A DNA stretch of 56,891 nt, taken from assembly GCA_964446635.1 (NCBI GenBank), contig CAYUPJ010000001.1, forward strand, positions 1-56,891, read 5' to 3'. Position 1 is the stretch's first letter. Each line of letters starts with the position of its first letter. This DNA is from an uncultured Anaerolineae bacterium. GTDB lineage: Bacteria; Chloroflexota; Anaerolineae; VGOG01. Below the pieces are notes generated by a model. It saw nothing but the letters and a program-made list of their open reading frames with translations, did not search any database and was not told where the DNA came from. The translations under genes and the position numbers were made by a program. Shown one piece after another: positions 30,310 to 41,326 of the stretch.

Positions 30310-30699
30310 ATGGCACGAATTGCCGGAGTGGATTTGCCTCGGAACAAGCGGGTGGAGGCCGGCTTGACTTACATCTACGGCATCGGTCGCTCGGCCAGCC
30401 AGGAGATTCTGGCCAAGGCGGGCGTTAGTCCCGACACCCGGGTCAAGGACTTGGCCGAGACCGAGATTAGCCGATTGCGCGAGGTGATTACGTCTGATTA
30501 CAAAGTTGAGGGTGATTTACGTCGTGAGATCAGCCAGAACATCAAGCGCTTGATGGAAATCGGTTGCTACCGTGGGCTTCGCCACCGTCAGAACTTGCCC
30601 GTGCGTGGTCAGCGAACCAAGACCAATGCCCGCACCAAGCGGGGCCCACGCAGGACGGTGCCCGGCCGCGGCCGCAGACGCGGAATGAAGAAGGGATAG
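30310..30699 (+). CDS. rpsM: 30S ribosomal protein S13
   Basis: [26 protein letters not shown]. Confidence 0.97.
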   Translation: MARIAGVDLPRNKRVEAGLTYIYGIGRSASQEILAKAGVSPDTRVKDLAETEISRLREVITSDYKVEGDLRREISQNIKRLMEIGCYRGLRHRQNLPVRGQRTKTNARTKRGPRRTVPGRGRRRGMKKG

Positions 30700-30709
30700 G
30701 GGAAGAAGG

Positions 30710-31102
30710 ATGGCGCAACGAAAGGGCAGAAGAACAACTCACCGCGCGCGCAAGGCGGTTCCTTATGGACAGGCTCACATTCATGCCACGTTCAACAACA
30801 CGATCATCACCATGACTGACCAGCAAGGGAATGCCCTCGCTTGGGGGAGCGCAGGCACCGCGGGCTTCAAGGGATCGCGCAAGAGTACCCCCTATGCGGC
30901 GCGCTTGGCCGCTCAGCAGACGGCCAGACAGGCCATGGATAATGGCATGAGGGAGATAGACATTCTCGTTAAGGGGCCTGGGCCTGGCCGAGAGGCGGCC
31001 ATTCGTGCTTTGCAAACGGCGGGCCTCAAGGTGAGATCCATCACCGATGTAACCCCCATTCCCCACAATGGCTGTCGCCCACCCAAGAGGCGAAGGATGT
31101 AG
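30710..31102 (+). CDS. rpsK: 30S ribosomal protein S11
   Basis: [18 protein letters not shown]...[13 protein letters not shown]. Confidence 0.97.
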   Translation: MAQRKGRRTTHRARKAVPYGQAHIHATFNNTIITMTDQQGNALAWGSAGTAGFKGSRKSTPYAARLAAQQTARQAMDNGMREIDILVKGPGPGREAAIRALQTAGLKVRSITDVTPIPHNGCRPPKRRRM

Positions 31103-31116
31103 AACGAGGAGGTGAA

Positions 31117-31755
31117 ATGGCCAGATATACCGGCCCGGCTTGCAAACAGTGTCGGCGGGAAGGGGAGAAGCTGTTCCTGAAAGGCGAACGGTGTTTAACC
31201 GCCAAATGTGCTCTTGATCGGCGTTCCTATGCTCCTGGCATGCATGGCCGTGAGTCCCAGTTCCGCCGCAGACGACCATCGGAATATGCCCGGCAGCTTC
31301 GAGAAAAGCAAAAGGCACGCCGTATCTATGGCATCTTGGAGAAGCAGTTCCGACGATACTTCAAAGAAGCCGAGAGGCGCAAAGGACTAACCGGCGAAAA
31401 CCTGCTGATCATTCTAGAAAGCAGGCTGGATAACGTCGTCTATCGGCTTGGGTTTGCCGATTCGCGATCCCAGGCTCGCCAATTGGTATGCCATGGTCAC
31501 TTCAACCGCAATGGGCGGAGGGCCGACGTCCCTTCGATGCTGGTGGAGCCGGGAGACGTGATATCAGTGCGCGAGCGGAGCAAGAAGTTGACCTATTTCA
31601 AGGACCGGGCAAGGGAGCTAGAGCGCAAGGTTGTACCGGATTGGATGAGCCTGGACACTCTCAGTATGTCGGGGCGTATCTTGAATCTTCCCGCGCGAGA
31701 AGACCTAGACTTGCCTTTGAGCGAGCAGTTGATTGTCGAGTATTACAGCCGTTAG
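31117..31755 (+). CDS. rpsD: 30S ribosomal protein S4 (Cys-rich N-terminus)
   Basis: [31 protein letters not shown]. Confidence 0.97.
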   Translation: MARYTGPACKQCRREGEKLFLKGERCLTAKCALDRRSYAPGMHGRESQFRRRRPSEYARQLREKQKARRIYGILEKQFRRYFKEAERRKGLTGENLLIILESRLDNVVYRLGFADSRSQARQLVCHGHFNRNGRRADVPSMLVEPGDVISVRERSKKLTYFKDRARELERKVVPDWMSLDTLSMSGRILNLPAREDLDLPLSEQLIVEYYSR

Positions 31756-31805
31756 AGTGGTTCTTGGCGCTAGCTTTATCCTCCTAGAGGGAGGGGGTTA
31801 GGCTA

Positions 31806-32792
31806 ATGACAAGTCAGGAAGGCAGTCCTTTGATGAGCAGTGTTTTGCCCAAGGTCGTGTGCGAGATTAGCTCGAGAGGTTATGCGCGCTTTGTCATCGG
31901 CCCTATGGAAAGTGGCTATGGCATAACCATTGGCAATGCTTTGCGACGTGTTCTCCTCTCGTCCCTGACCGGAGTGGCGATCACATCCATCAGGGTCAGT
32001 GATGTGTACCATGAGTTCTCAACCATACCTCATGTCAAGGAAGACATGACTCAGTTGATTCTCAATCTAAAGCAAGTGCGGCTGAAGATGCACTCCGAAG
32101 ATTCTGATCCGGCCCACTTGCGGTTGGAGGTACAGGGCGAAGGCGTGGTGACGGCCGGTGATCTGGAATGTCCCAGTGATGTGGAAATCATCAATCCCGA
32201 TTTGTACTTGTTCACCGTAGACTCCGATGAGGCCGAGTTGGAACTGGAGATAACGGTCCAGACAGGTAAGGGTTACTCGCCCGCTGAGGAGCGGAGCAAG
32301 TTGCCCATCGGAGAGATCCCGGTTGATGCTATCTTCAGCCCCGTTCGCAAAGTCGGTTGCGAGGTGGAGCGAGCCCGCGTCGGTCAGACGACCAACTTCG
32401 ATCGGTTGATCATGGAGATATGGACCGACGGTACCATTCAGCCCCTCGATGCTTTGAAAGAGGCTGCGCAGATCTTGGTGAAACATCTATCGTTGGTAGC
32501 TGGTGTAGAGGAAGAGGCTCCAGAGGAAGAGGTTGAGGAAGAACATATACCCGTCCATGTTTACGAGATGTTGATCGAGGATTTAGACCTCAATGTGCGG
32601 GTCTACAACTGCCTCAAGCGGACTGGGATAACAAATGTGGGAGAGGTGCTCGAGAAGCTGGAAAAGGGCGACGAAGAGATGTTGAGTATCCGGAATTTCG
32701 GTCCCAAGTCTTTGAGAGAATTGCGGGAAAAGCTAAGGGAGAGGGGCTTGCTGTTGACCGAAAAAGAATCTAAGGGAGTGACTACTTCATGA
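31806..32792 (+). CDS. rpoA: DNA-directed RNA polymerase subunit alpha
   Basis: [18 protein letters not shown]...[16 protein letters not shown]. Confidence 0.96.
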   Translation: MTSQEGSPLMSSVLPKVVCEISSRGYARFVIGPMESGYGITIGNALRRVLLSSLTGVAITSIRVSDVYHEFSTIPHVKEDMTQLILNLKQVRLKMHSEDSDPAHLRLEVQGEGVVTAGDLECPSDVEIINPDLYLFTVDSDEAELELEITVQTGKGYSPAEERSKLPIGEIPVDAIFSPVRKVGCEVERARVGQTTNFDRLIMEIWTDGTIQPLDALKEAAQILVKHLSLVAGVEEEAPEEEVEEEHIPVHVYEMLIEDLDLNVRVYNCLKRTGITNVGEVLEKLEKGDEEMLSIRNFGPKSLRELREKLRERGLLLTEKESKGVTTS

Positions 32793-33142
32793 GACATCGG
32801 AAAGCGGGCCGCAAGCTAGGTCGCTCCAGCGGCCAGCGCGGAGCTCTATATAGAAACTTGATAACTGAATTGTTTCGCCGTGAGCGGATAAAGACAACGG
32901 AGGCCAAGGCCAAGACTATTCAGGGGAAGGCAGAGAAGCTGATCACTTTGGGTAAGCGTGGCGATCTCCACGCCCGTCGGCTGGCCGCCGCCAGGTTGAA
33001 CGATCCGATCATCGTCCGGAAGCTTTTCGATGAGTTAGCTCCTCGCTATGAAGGGCGAGCCGGCGGCTACACTCGCATATACAAACTGGGACGACGTCAG
33101 GGCGATAGGGCGCCCATAGTCCTTTTAGAGTTGGTGGAGTAG
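32789..33142 (+). CDS. rplQ: 50S ribosomal protein L17
   Basis: [24 protein letters not shown]. The ATGA overlaps the rpoA stop. Confidence 0.96.
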   Translation: MRHRKAGRKLGRSSGQRGALYRNLITELFRRERIKTTEAKAKTIQGKAEKLITLGKRGDLHARRLAAARLNDPIIVRKLFDELAPRYEGRAGGYTRIYKLGRRQGDRAPIVLLELVE

Positions 33143-33143
33143 C

Positions 33144-33959
33144 TTGAGGCTGGAAGTTGGAGGTCGGAGGCCTGCCCTGAGACTAGCCGAAGGGGTGGAA
33201 GTTGGAAATCCGAAATCGGAGGCCAGCACCCAACAACTTTTGGCCGTCGTCGAATACGATGGCACCGATTACTTCGGCTTCCAGATACAAGCCCAGGGCC
33301 CGACGGTTCAGGGGGAGATAGAGAGGGCGCTGGCAGCGGTTACTCAGGAGGAGATCAGGATCATTGGGGCGGGCCGGACGGACGCCGGCGTTCATGCCAG
33401 GGGGCAAGTGATTGCCTTTAGTACGGCCTGGCGACATCCCATTGAGGAGCTTCAACGAGCACTTAATGCCGTCTTGGCCGAAGACATCGCGGTGCATGAG
33501 CTGAGGCCTGTGGCCGAGGGTTTCCACCCCCGCTTCGATGCCGTAAGCCGGGAGTATCGCTACACTATCTTCAACCAACCCTTGCGTTCGCCTTTGGCCC
33601 GACGTTTCGCCTATCATTTCCCTCAGCCTCTCGACGTAGTAGCGATGAACGAGGCGGCGGGCGTCCTGGTTGGCATCCATGATTTCGCTTCGTTTGGACA
33701 AGCGCCTCAGGGCGATAACACGGTGCGCGAGGTGTACTGGGCCCAATGCACTCGAGAGATGTCATTCGTTTACCTCGACATAATAGCAAACGCTTTTCTT
33801 TATCGGATGGTAAGGAGACTGGTGAGCACGTTGCTGTTGGTGGGAACAGGAGAGCTATCTCCGGAGGGGTTTGAAAGGATTCTCCAGGCTGTTGATCGAG
33901 ATGAGGCTGGCCAAACCGTTCCGGCTCATGGGTTGTGTTTGATGAAGGTAAACTATTGA
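33144..33959 (+). CDS. truA: tRNA pseudouridine(38-40) synthase TruA
   Basis: VEYDGTDYFGFQIQ...GAGRTDAGVHA. The true start is uncertain. The first ~32 codons are repeat-derived, and an in-frame TTG at 33240 is an alternative. Confidence 0.85.
   Translation: MRLEVGGRRPALRLAEGVEVGNPKSEASTQQLLAVVEYDGTDYFGFQIQAQGPTVQGEIERALAAVTQEEIRIIGAGRTDAGVHARGQVIAFSTAWRHPIEELQRALNAVLAEDIAVHELRPVAEGFHPRFDAVSREYRYTIFNQPLRSPLARRFAYHFPQPLDVVAMNEAAGVLVGIHDFASFGQAPQGDNTVREVYWAQCTREMSFVYLDIIANAFLYRMVRRLVSTLLLVGTGELSPEGFERILQAVDRDEAGQTVPAHGLCLMKVNY
33151..33222 (+). repeat. Composite repeat: TGGAAGTTGGA-type flanks around a minus-orientation core copy (33171-33191)
   Basis: tggaagttggaggtcggagg | cctgccctgagactagccgaa | ggggtggaagttggaaatccgaaatcggagg. 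The core is 17/21 identical to 50146-50166. Confidence 0.7.
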
Positions 33960-33973
33960 CGGAGGACTGGTAG

Positions 33974-34402
33974 GTGAAAACATATACAGCCAGAGTAGAG
34001 GACATAGAACGAGAGTGGTTCTTGGTGGATGCTGAGGGCAAGACGTTAGGGCGTCTGGCTTCGGGTATCGCCAACGTCCTGCGGGGCAAGCACAAGCCCA
34101 TTTACACTCCCCACCTTGATTGTGGTGACTACGTCATTGTGGTCAACGCCGACAAAGTGCGGGTCACCGGGCAGAAGCTGGACCAAAAGATCTATTATCG
34201 CCATTCGGGTTATCCTGGCGGGCTCAAAAGCATCAACTTGAGGGATCAACTGCAGAAACACCCGGAGCGGGTGCTGGAGGCTGCCGTGCGAGGGATGCTG
34301 CCCAAGAACCGGCTGGGTCGAAAAATGTTCAAGAAGCTCAAAGTGTATGCAGGTGATTCCCATCCCCATCAAGCTCAACAGCCTAAGCCGTTGGAGTTTT
34401 AA
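33974..34402 (+). CDS. rplM: 50S ribosomal protein L13
   Basis: [29 protein letters not shown]. Confidence 0.96.
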   Translation: MKTYTARVEDIEREWFLVDAEGKTLGRLASGIANVLRGKHKPIYTPHLDCGDYVIVVNADKVRVTGQKLDQKIYYRHSGYPGGLKSINLRDQLQKHPERVLEAAVRGMLPKNRLGRKMFKKLKVYAGDSHPHQAQQPKPLEF

Positions 34403-34430
34403 GGCGAGTCTTCATCGAGAGGAGAGGTTA

Positions 34431-34823
34431 ATGGAAACTGTTTATTATGAGGGAGTAGGGCGACGGAAGGCGGCGACGGCTCGTGTGCGGCTCTATCCCG
34501 GCGAGGGTAACATCATCATCAACGACAGGCCAGTGGAGGAGTACTTCCCGCGGGAGGGTGATGCGCTGGTTCTAATAGAACCGCTAAAGGTCACGGGCAC
34601 CGTGGGCAAATTCAACGTCTCAGTCAAGGTTCAGGGTGGAGGCGTATCTGGCCAAGTGGGAGCTGTACGTCATGGTCTCGCTCGGGCCTTGTTGGCGGCC
34701 GATCCCAAATTGCGACCCGTTTTGCGCAAGGGCGGCCTCCTGACCCGGGATGCACGCATGAAGGAAAGGAAAAAGCCCGGACTCAAGCGCGCCCGTAAGG
34801 CGCCGCAGTACACCAAGCGGTAA
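34431..34823 (+). CDS. rpsI: 30S ribosomal protein S9
   Basis: ATG 34431 follows RBS gagaggagagg. [19 protein letters not shown]...KAPQYTKR. Confidence 0.96.
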   Translation: METVYYEGVGRRKAATARVRLYPGEGNIIINDRPVEEYFPREGDALVLIEPLKVTGTVGKFNVSVKVQGGGVSGQVGAVRHGLARALLAADPKLRPVLRKGGLLTRDARMKERKKPGLKRARKAPQYTKR

Positions 34824-34902
34824 AGCTTATTCGAAACTGTACCATTTCACCTCGCCTTGGTAGCTGAAACCGTGATTCAGGCCAAGTACAGCTACAATTG
34901 AT

Positions 34903-34944
34903 AGCCCCCATCTCTTACGCCAAGGGATGGGGGCTTGCCTTTTT
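34903..34944 (+). terminator. Rho-independent terminator closing the ribosomal supercluster
   Basis: Stem agcccccatc (34903-34912) / gatgggggct (34926-34935), followed by tgccttttt. Confidence 0.7.
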
Positions 34945-34994
34945 GAGAGAAATGGGGTATCATTTAGGCCGTGTCGCAGAGGAGGAACGGGGGA

Positions 34995-35963
34995 ATGGCG
35001 CGAGCGCTGATCACGGGCATCTCCGGCTTCGTCGGTAGCCACCTGGCCGAGCATCTTCTCGAGCACACCGGCTGGCAGGTGGCTGGTACGGTCTACGGCC
35101 CTGAGGACAATATCGAGCATCTGCGAGACAGGCTGGAACTCTACCCGGCGGAGCTTTCAGAGCTGGAGACAGTGATCTCCATCGTAGAGCAAGCGAAGCC
35201 AGATTACATCTTTCATCTAGCTGCTCAGCCCCTTGTCTCCCTCTCGCGGCGCGACCCCTGGGGGACCCTGGCCAATAACATCCGTCTCCAGCTCAATATC
35301 CTGGAAGCCGTCGCCAGGCTGGGCTCGATGGCCAGGGTACTGGTGGTTGGCTCCAGCGAGGAGTATGGGCTGGTGCGGCCCGACGAGTTGCCCATCAAAG
35401 AGACCAACCCCTTGCGCCCCACCAGCCCCTACGCGGTGAGCAAAGTAGCCCAAGACATGCTGGGGCTGCAGTATCACTTGAGCCACAAGTTGTTCACCGT
35501 GCGAGTACGGCCCTTCAACCACATTGGTCCCCGCCAGAGCCTGGGCTTCGTAGCTCCGGACTTTGCCAGCCAGATAGCCGAAGCGGAAGCGGGTTTGCGA
35601 GAGCCTGTCATCCGGGTCGGCAACCTGGAACCCCAGCGCGATTTCAGCGATGTTCGGGACGTGGTGCGGGGATACCACCAGCTCATCACCCAGGGGGAAC
35701 CAGGGGAGGTCTACAATCTGGGCTCAGAGCAGGCTCGATCAGTCAGGGAAATACTGGAGACATTGATAGCCATGAGCAAAGTCCCCATCACCGTCGAGCA
35801 GGATTCGGAACGCTTCCGGCCCACCGAGGTCCCGGTGATAGTCAGCGACTGTACCAGGATTCGGGAGCGGACTGGCTGGCGACCGAAGATTTCCTTCGAG
35901 CAAAGTCTGCAGGACGTGTTGGACTATTGGCGGGAAAGAACCCGTCTGGCAAATGGCAGATAG
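34995..35963 (+). CDS. NAD-dependent epimerase/dehydratase, GDP-4-keto-6-deoxy-D-mannose reductase (Rmd)-like
   Basis: MARALITGISGFVGSHL Rossmann motif and YAVSK catalytic motif. Adjacent to gmd. Confidence 0.7.
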   Translation: MARALITGISGFVGSHLAEHLLEHTGWQVAGTVYGPEDNIEHLRDRLELYPAELSELETVISIVEQAKPDYIFHLAAQPLVSLSRRDPWGTLANNIRLQLNILEAVARLGSMARVLVVGSSEEYGLVRPDELPIKETNPLRPTSPYAVSKVAQDMLGLQYHLSHKLFTVRVRPFNHIGPRQSLGFVAPDFASQIAEAEAGLREPVIRVGNLEPQRDFSDVRDVVRGYHQLITQGEPGEVYNLGSEQARSVREILETLIAMSKVPITVEQDSERFRPTEVPVIVSDCTRIRERTGWRPKISFEQSLQDVLDYWRERTRLANGR

Positions 35964-36031
35964 CAGATAGCAGATGGCAGATAGCAGATAGCAGATGGCA
36001 GATGGCAGATGGGCTATCAGCCATCAGCCAT
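35956..36031 (+). repeat. Tandem heptamer array (GCAGATR)x8 followed by inverted CAGCCAT units
   Basis: Eight contiguous 7-nt units at 35956-36011. The array starts inside the last codons of the reductase gene. It is followed by ggctatcagccatcagccat. Confidence 0.85.
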
Positions 36032-36045
36032 ATAAGGAGAGGTAG

Positions 36046-37026
<981 letters not shown>

Positions 37027-37028
37027 TT

Positions 37029-38456
37029 ATGAAGATCACGTTCGGCACCGACGGGTGGCGGGGTAAGATAGCCGAGGATTACACTTTCGACAACGTGCGG
37101 CGCTGCGCCCAGGGCTTCGCCCGCTATTTGCTCGATAAAGGTATGGCTGAGGGTGGCGTGGTGGTGGGCTACGACCGCCGCTTCGTCTCAGAGCACTTCG
37201 CCGAAGCCGTGGCCGAGGTGATGGCCGCTCACGACATCCATGTCCACCTCACCCAGGGAGCCACGCCTACCCCCGTCATCAGTTACAGCGTAGTGGCGCT
37301 GGAGGCCGGGGGAGCGGTTAACATCACTGCCAGCCACAACCCGCCCTCAGACAACGGCTTCAAGGTGCGCGATCGTTACGGGGCCGCGATTGATCCCCAC
37401 GATCTCAAGGAGATCGAAGCCCTCATCCCCCCCATTGAGGAGGTGAAATGCTTGCCTCTGGACGAGGCCGAGGCTAAGGGCCTGGTGGAACGCTTTGACC
37501 CGGTGCCAGCCTACATCGAGCACCTCAAGGATCTGATTGACGTAGAGCCCATAAGACGAGCAGGGCTGTTAGTCGTCCACGACGCCATGTGGGGAAACGG
37601 CGCCGGGTGGTTCGAGCGCATTTTGGGCGGCGGCGAGACGCACATCGTCAGCATCCGCCAGGAGCGCAATCCCCTCTTCCCCGGCATGATCCGTCCTGAG
37701 CCCATCCCACCCAACATCGAAGCCTGCCAGGAGAAGGTTAGGGAGCTCGGCGCCGATGTGGGCATCATCAACGACGGCGACGCCGACCGCATAGGTCTCG
37801 TGGACGAGAAGGGAGGCTTTCTCAACCAGCTCCAGGTCTACGGCCTGCTGTCGCTGTACCTTCTACAGGTGCGGGGCTGGCGGGGCCCCATTGTCAAGAC
37901 TCTCTCCACCACCTCGATGCTCGATAAGCTGGGGGAGATCTACGGCGTCCCCGTCTACCACACCGGGGTGGGCTTCAAGTTCGTGGCCCCCAAGATGCTG
38001 GAGGTGGACGCCATCATCGGCGGGGAGGAGAGCGGAGGATACGCCTTCCGAGGAAACATCCCCGAGCGGGATGGGATATTGGCTCCTCTATTCTTCCTCG
38101 ATTTCATGGTGCAAACGGGCAAGAGCCCATCTCAGCTTTTAGAATACCTGTACGAGGTCGTTGGCGCTCGCTATTTTTACGACCGCATTGATCGCTACTT
38201 CTCCCCTGAGGAGGGGGAGGCCGTGCGGCGGCGGGTCAAGGAGGCCAGGCCAAAGCTACTGGCAGGCCTCCAAGTGACCGGCCTCGACATTACTGATGGG
38301 TACAAATACAGCTTGGAGGACGGTGGCTGGCTTTTGATTCGCTTCTCCGGCACCGAGCCTGGCCTGATCCGCATCTACTGCGAGACCACCCATGAGGACA
38401 AGGTGGGGGCGCTTTTGGAGGAGGGGATGGGGCTGGCAGGGCTGGCAACGGATTGA
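37029..38456 (+). CDS. Phosphomannomutase/phosphoglucomutase
   Basis: [33 protein letters not shown]. Confidence 0.9.
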   Translation: MKITFGTDGWRGKIAEDYTFDNVRRCAQGFARYLLDKGMAEGGVVVGYDRRFVSEHFAEAVAEVMAAHDIHVHLTQGATPTPVISYSVVALEAGGAVNITASHNPPSDNGFKVRDRYGAAIDPHDLKEIEALIPPIEEVKCLPLDEAEAKGLVERFDPVPAYIEHLKDLIDVEPIRRAGLLVVHDAMWGNGAGWFERILGGGETHIVSIRQERNPLFPGMIRPEPIPPNIEACQEKVRELGADVGIINDGDADRIGLVDEKGGFLNQLQVYGLLSLYLLQVRGWRGPIVKTLSTTSMLDKLGEIYGVPVYHTGVGFKFVAPKMLEVDAIIGGEESGGYAFRGNIPERDGILAPLFFLDFMVQTGKSPSQLLEYLYEVVGARYFYDRIDRYFSPEEGEAVRRRVKEARPKLLAGLQVTGLDITDGYKYSLEDGGWLLIRFSGTEPGLIRIYCETTHEDKVGALLEEGMGLAGLATD

Positions 38457-38480
38457 TAGCGGATAAACGGATGGAACCGA

Positions 38481-38729
38481 GTGGACGTTATTGACTTCAG
38501 CCGAGAGCACAAGGCGCTAGCGGCGAGGGAAGAAGAATTTCGAGGTAAACACGTCATCGTCGTTGGTGACGAAATCTATCCATTCGAAAACGGGGAGGAA
38601 GGGTTGCGAATCCTGGCGCGTGTCAGAAGAGAGCATCCCCATAAGATTTCCCTCGTCACTTATGTGATGAATGAGGAAGATCTTATCCTTCGAGATGTCT
38701 GCTGGTTGAGAAGCACCTTGGCCATATAG
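38481..38729 (+). CDS. Small DUF5678-like protein
   Basis: 82 aa. FRGKHVIVVGDEIYPFENGEEGLRILARVRREHP resembles the DUF5678 pattern. GTG start. Confidence 0.45.
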   Translation: MDVIDFSREHKALAAREEEFRGKHVIVVGDEIYPFENGEEGLRILARVRREHPHKISLVTYVMNEEDLILRDVCWLRSTLAI

Positions 38730-38744
38730 GGTGGGATTGGGAGG

Positions 38745-39035
38745 TTGGTTATGGAAACGATAACTGTTTTGAGAGAAGCTTCTGAAAGGTTAGGAATACC
38801 CGAGGATACCCTTCTGAGGGAAAGCTTCACTTCTTACCTGCGAGAGCGGAAACGCGCGTTGATGGCCGAGCGGTTCGAGATGCTCTCCCGTCACGGAGTG
38901 AATTCGCCCGAAGAACTCAAGGGGAGAATTGAGGAAGGAGAAGTCCCCGAACATCCGACTTGGGAAGATTACATCGAGCTTACCAATTTAGAGGATGAAC
39001 TAGCCCGTTTAGAAGATCATCTCCGTTCCCTTTAG
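38745..39035 (+). CDS. Hypothetical helical protein, possible antitoxin-like partner
   Basis: 96-aa charged ORF between the DUF5678-like and DUF6516-like ORFs. I recognise no family. Confidence 0.4.
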   Translation: MVMETITVLREASERLGIPEDTLLRESFTSYLRERKRALMAERFEMLSRHGVNSPEELKGRIEEGEVPEHPTWEDYIELTNLEDELARLEDHLRSL

Positions 39036-39052
39036 ACCGAGGTACCCTCAAG

Positions 39053-39445
39053 ATGACAGTCATTCCCTGGACAACCTTTGATGCGATAGCCCTTTCTGAA
39101 TACCGAGACGTCGTCGAGATGGTAGAGTCTATCCTCTCGCCTGCAGGGCGAATGAGGAAACTGCGGGTCTACCTTCTCGATGGCAGCTTTGTTGATGTGT
39201 GGTACTCTTTGAAAGGCGATTATTCGTTTCACTGGGAGCGGCGCTTTATCAATGGCTCGCTCTACCGCCATGACAACGCACCTCACGCTCGATGGCGTTA
39301 TGTCCCAACCTTCCCCAAGCACTTTCACAATGGTCGAGAAGACAACGTGGAAAGCAGCTTCATCAGCGATTCCCCTGAGGAAGCATTGCGGGATTTCCTC
39401 GACTTCGTGAGAGGAAAACTGGCGGAGATTGCCCGAGGGGCATAG
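39053..39445 (+). CDS. DUF6516 / TumE-like toxin-family protein
   Basis: YSFHWERRF...YRHDNAPHARW...TFPKHFHNG matches my recollection of the TumE/DUF6516 His-rich motif. Confidence 0.55.
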   Translation: MTVIPWTTFDAIALSEYRDVVEMVESILSPAGRMRKLRVYLLDGSFVDVWYSLKGDYSFHWERRFINGSLYRHDNAPHARWRYVPTFPKHFHNGREDNVESSFISDSPEEALRDFLDFVRGKLAEIARGA

Positions 39446-39448
39446 ATC

Positions 39449-40249
39449 ATGTTTCTTACCGACACCCACACTCATCTCGACTTCCCAGAGTTCGACGGCG
39501 ATCGAGAGCATGTCATTGAGCGAGCAGCGACCGCCGGGGTAGGGGCTATGGTTAACGTTGGGGCCGACCTGGCTTCGAGCCAGGCGGCGGTGGCCCTGGC
39601 CGAGGCGCACCCTCAAATCTACGCAGCGGCGGGAGTGCACCCTCACGACGCCAAGACCGTGACGGGGGAGATGCTGGAGGAGCTGAGGGCTTTGGCCAGT
39701 CATCCCAAGGTCATCGCCATCGGCGAGATCGGGTTGGACTTCTATCGCGATCTCTCGCCGCGAGATAAACAGCATCAAGCCTTTGAGCAGCAGTTGGCCT
39801 TGGCGAGCGAAGTAGGGAAGCCGGTCATCATCCATGATCGCGAAGCCCACCAGGAGATTATGGCTACTCTGCGCCACTGGGTCGAGGACACCCATCAGCC
39901 ATCGGCCATCAGCCATCAGCCAGTAGGTGTTCTACACTGCTTCTCAGGCGATCTGGCTATGGCCCAAGAGGCCATTGAACGGGGCTTCTATATCTCCATC
40001 GCCGGTCCCGTGACCTTTCAAAATGCCCGCCGCTTGCGCGAGCTGGTCCGCCAACTACCCTTAGAAAAGCTCCTGATAGAGACTGACTGTCCCTTCTTGA
40101 CACCCCATCCCCATCGAGGAAAACGCAACGAGCCTGCTTACGTGAAGTTGGTGGCTCAGGAAGTCGCCCGCATAAAAGGATTATCGCTCGAAGAGGTGGT
40201 ACGCGTCACCTCAGACAATGCCCGAGCACTCTTTGCATTGAAATTTTGA
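39449..40249 (+). CDS. tatD: TatD-family metal-dependent hydrolase
   Basis: DTHTHLDF, GEIGLDFYR, IIHDREAH, LHCFSGD, ETDCPFL. Confidence 0.9.
   Translation: MFLTDTHTHLDFPEFDGDREHVIERAATAGVGAMVNVGADLASSQAAVALAEAHPQIYAAAGVHPHDAKTVTGEMLEELRALASHPKVIAIGEIGLDFYRDLSPRDKQHQAFEQQLALASEVGKPVIIHDREAHQEIMATLRHWVEDTHQPSAISHQPVGVLHCFSGDLAMAQEAIERGFYISIAGPVTFQNARRLRELVRQLPLEKLLIETDCPFLTPHPHRGKRNEPAYVKLVAQEVARIKGLSLEEVVRVTSDNARALFALKF
39903..39932 (+). repeat. Heptamer array (CATCAGC/CATCGGC)x4 inside the tatD CDS
   Basis: catcagc catcggc catcagc catcagc ca, encoding HQPSAISHQP. Same unit as at 36012-36031. Confidence 0.8.
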
Positions 40250-40265
40250 ACGAAAGGAAGAAGCC

Positions 40266-41234
40266 TTGAAGGTCATCTCCATCTTCGAGCTCATCCGCGA
40301 GGACCTGGAGCGTGTAGAGCGCAAGATGCGCGAAGTCTCTAGCATTGAATACCAGCAGTTGAGAGTAGCACTGGATTATCTTCTGGGTAGCGGAGGCAAG
40401 CGGTTGCGCCCTGCCCTGGTTTTACTGGCGAGCAAATTCTATCCCGCTGATGCCGAGAAGGTCACCTCCCTGGCTGCAGCGGTGGAGACGCTGCACACAG
40501 CCACCCTTATTCACGATGACCTAATAGACAACGCTTTCTTACGCCGCGGCAACCCTACCCTGAACGCCTTATGGAACAGCGCAGCGACGGTGCTGACTGG
40601 CGATTACCTCTTCGCCCGGGCCGCGGCTTTTGCCGCCGAGACAGAGAGCGTGCGTGTGGTCTCTATCTTCGCCCAAACCCTGATGACCATCTGTGGTGGT
40701 GAGTTGAGGCAGATCTTTGACAGTGATGAGGGACAAACGACCAGGGACTACTACTACCAACGCATTTACAGCAAGACTGCCTCCCTATTTGCCGCGTCAA
40801 CAGAAACAGGAGCCATTCTAAGCGGAGCCCCAGAGCCAGAAGTGCAAGCTTTGCGCGATTATGGCTATAATTTGGGAATGGCCTTTCAAATCGTGGATGA
40901 CGTCCTCGATTTCGCAGGTAACGAGGGTGATCTAGGCAAGCCCATCGGCAGCGACCTGCGCCAGGGAATCATCACGCTGCCCGCCATCCATTTCCTGGAA
41001 GCCCATCCAGAGGATGAGGTAGTAACTAGAGTGCTAACCGGCCGAGATGAGGAAGACGCTGAGGTGCGGGCCGCAGTGGAGAGGATCAAAGAGTCAGGAG
41101 CCATCGAATCGTCCATGGCCGATGCCGAGAGTTTTGCCGCCAGAAGCCGCAATGCACTCTCGGTCCTGCCCCACAACGAGTATTCCCAGGCCATGCTTGA
41201 TTTAGCTGACTTTGTGATAGAACGGCAAAAGTGA
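40266..41234 (+). CDS. Polyprenyl diphosphate synthase (trans-IPPS, hepta/octaprenyl type)
   Basis: Aspartate-rich motifs LIHDDLIDN and FQIVDDVLDF. Confidence 0.88.
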   Translation: MKVISIFELIREDLERVERKMREVSSIEYQQLRVALDYLLGSGGKRLRPALVLLASKFYPADAEKVTSLAAAVETLHTATLIHDDLIDNAFLRRGNPTLNALWNSAATVLTGDYLFARAAAFAAETESVRVVSIFAQTLMTICGGELRQIFDSDEGQTTRDYYYQRIYSKTASLFAASTETGAILSGAPEPEVQALRDYGYNLGMAFQIVDDVLDFAGNEGDLGKPIGSDLRQGIITLPAIHFLEAHPEDEVVTRVLTGRDEEDAEVRAAVERIKESGAIESSMADAESFAARSRNALSVLPHNEYSQAMLDLADFVIERQK

Positions 41235-41305
41235 GGATAGCCCGAAAGTGCCCACTTGTGATAAATGTCCATGACGCGGCGGCCCAGGAGCCGCCGTCTT
41301 AGCAA

Positions 41306-41326
41306 TTGGAGGTTGGAGGTTGGAGG
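41306..41326 (+). repeat. (TTGGAGG)x3 heptamer array overlapping the RBS and start of the GT2 gene
   Basis: ttggagg ttggagg ttggagg. The annotated TTG start (41320) lies in the third unit. Confidence 0.85.

Noticed and set aside
34824-34902. Possible small RNA or tRNA between rpsI and the terminator
   Set aside because: I could not fold a cloverleaf or a convincing conserved structure. It is most simply a 3' UTR preceding the terminator at 34903-34944.
35956-36031. Possible CRISPR array or other spaced-repeat array among the repeat loci
   Set aside because: The units are 7 nt and contiguous, with no unique spacers. No cas genes are present in the window.
39032-39916. 294-aa minus-strand ORF beginning MADGRWLMG
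   Set aside because: It spans the antisense of the TumE-like and tatD genes. Its start is simply the heptamer array read backwards.
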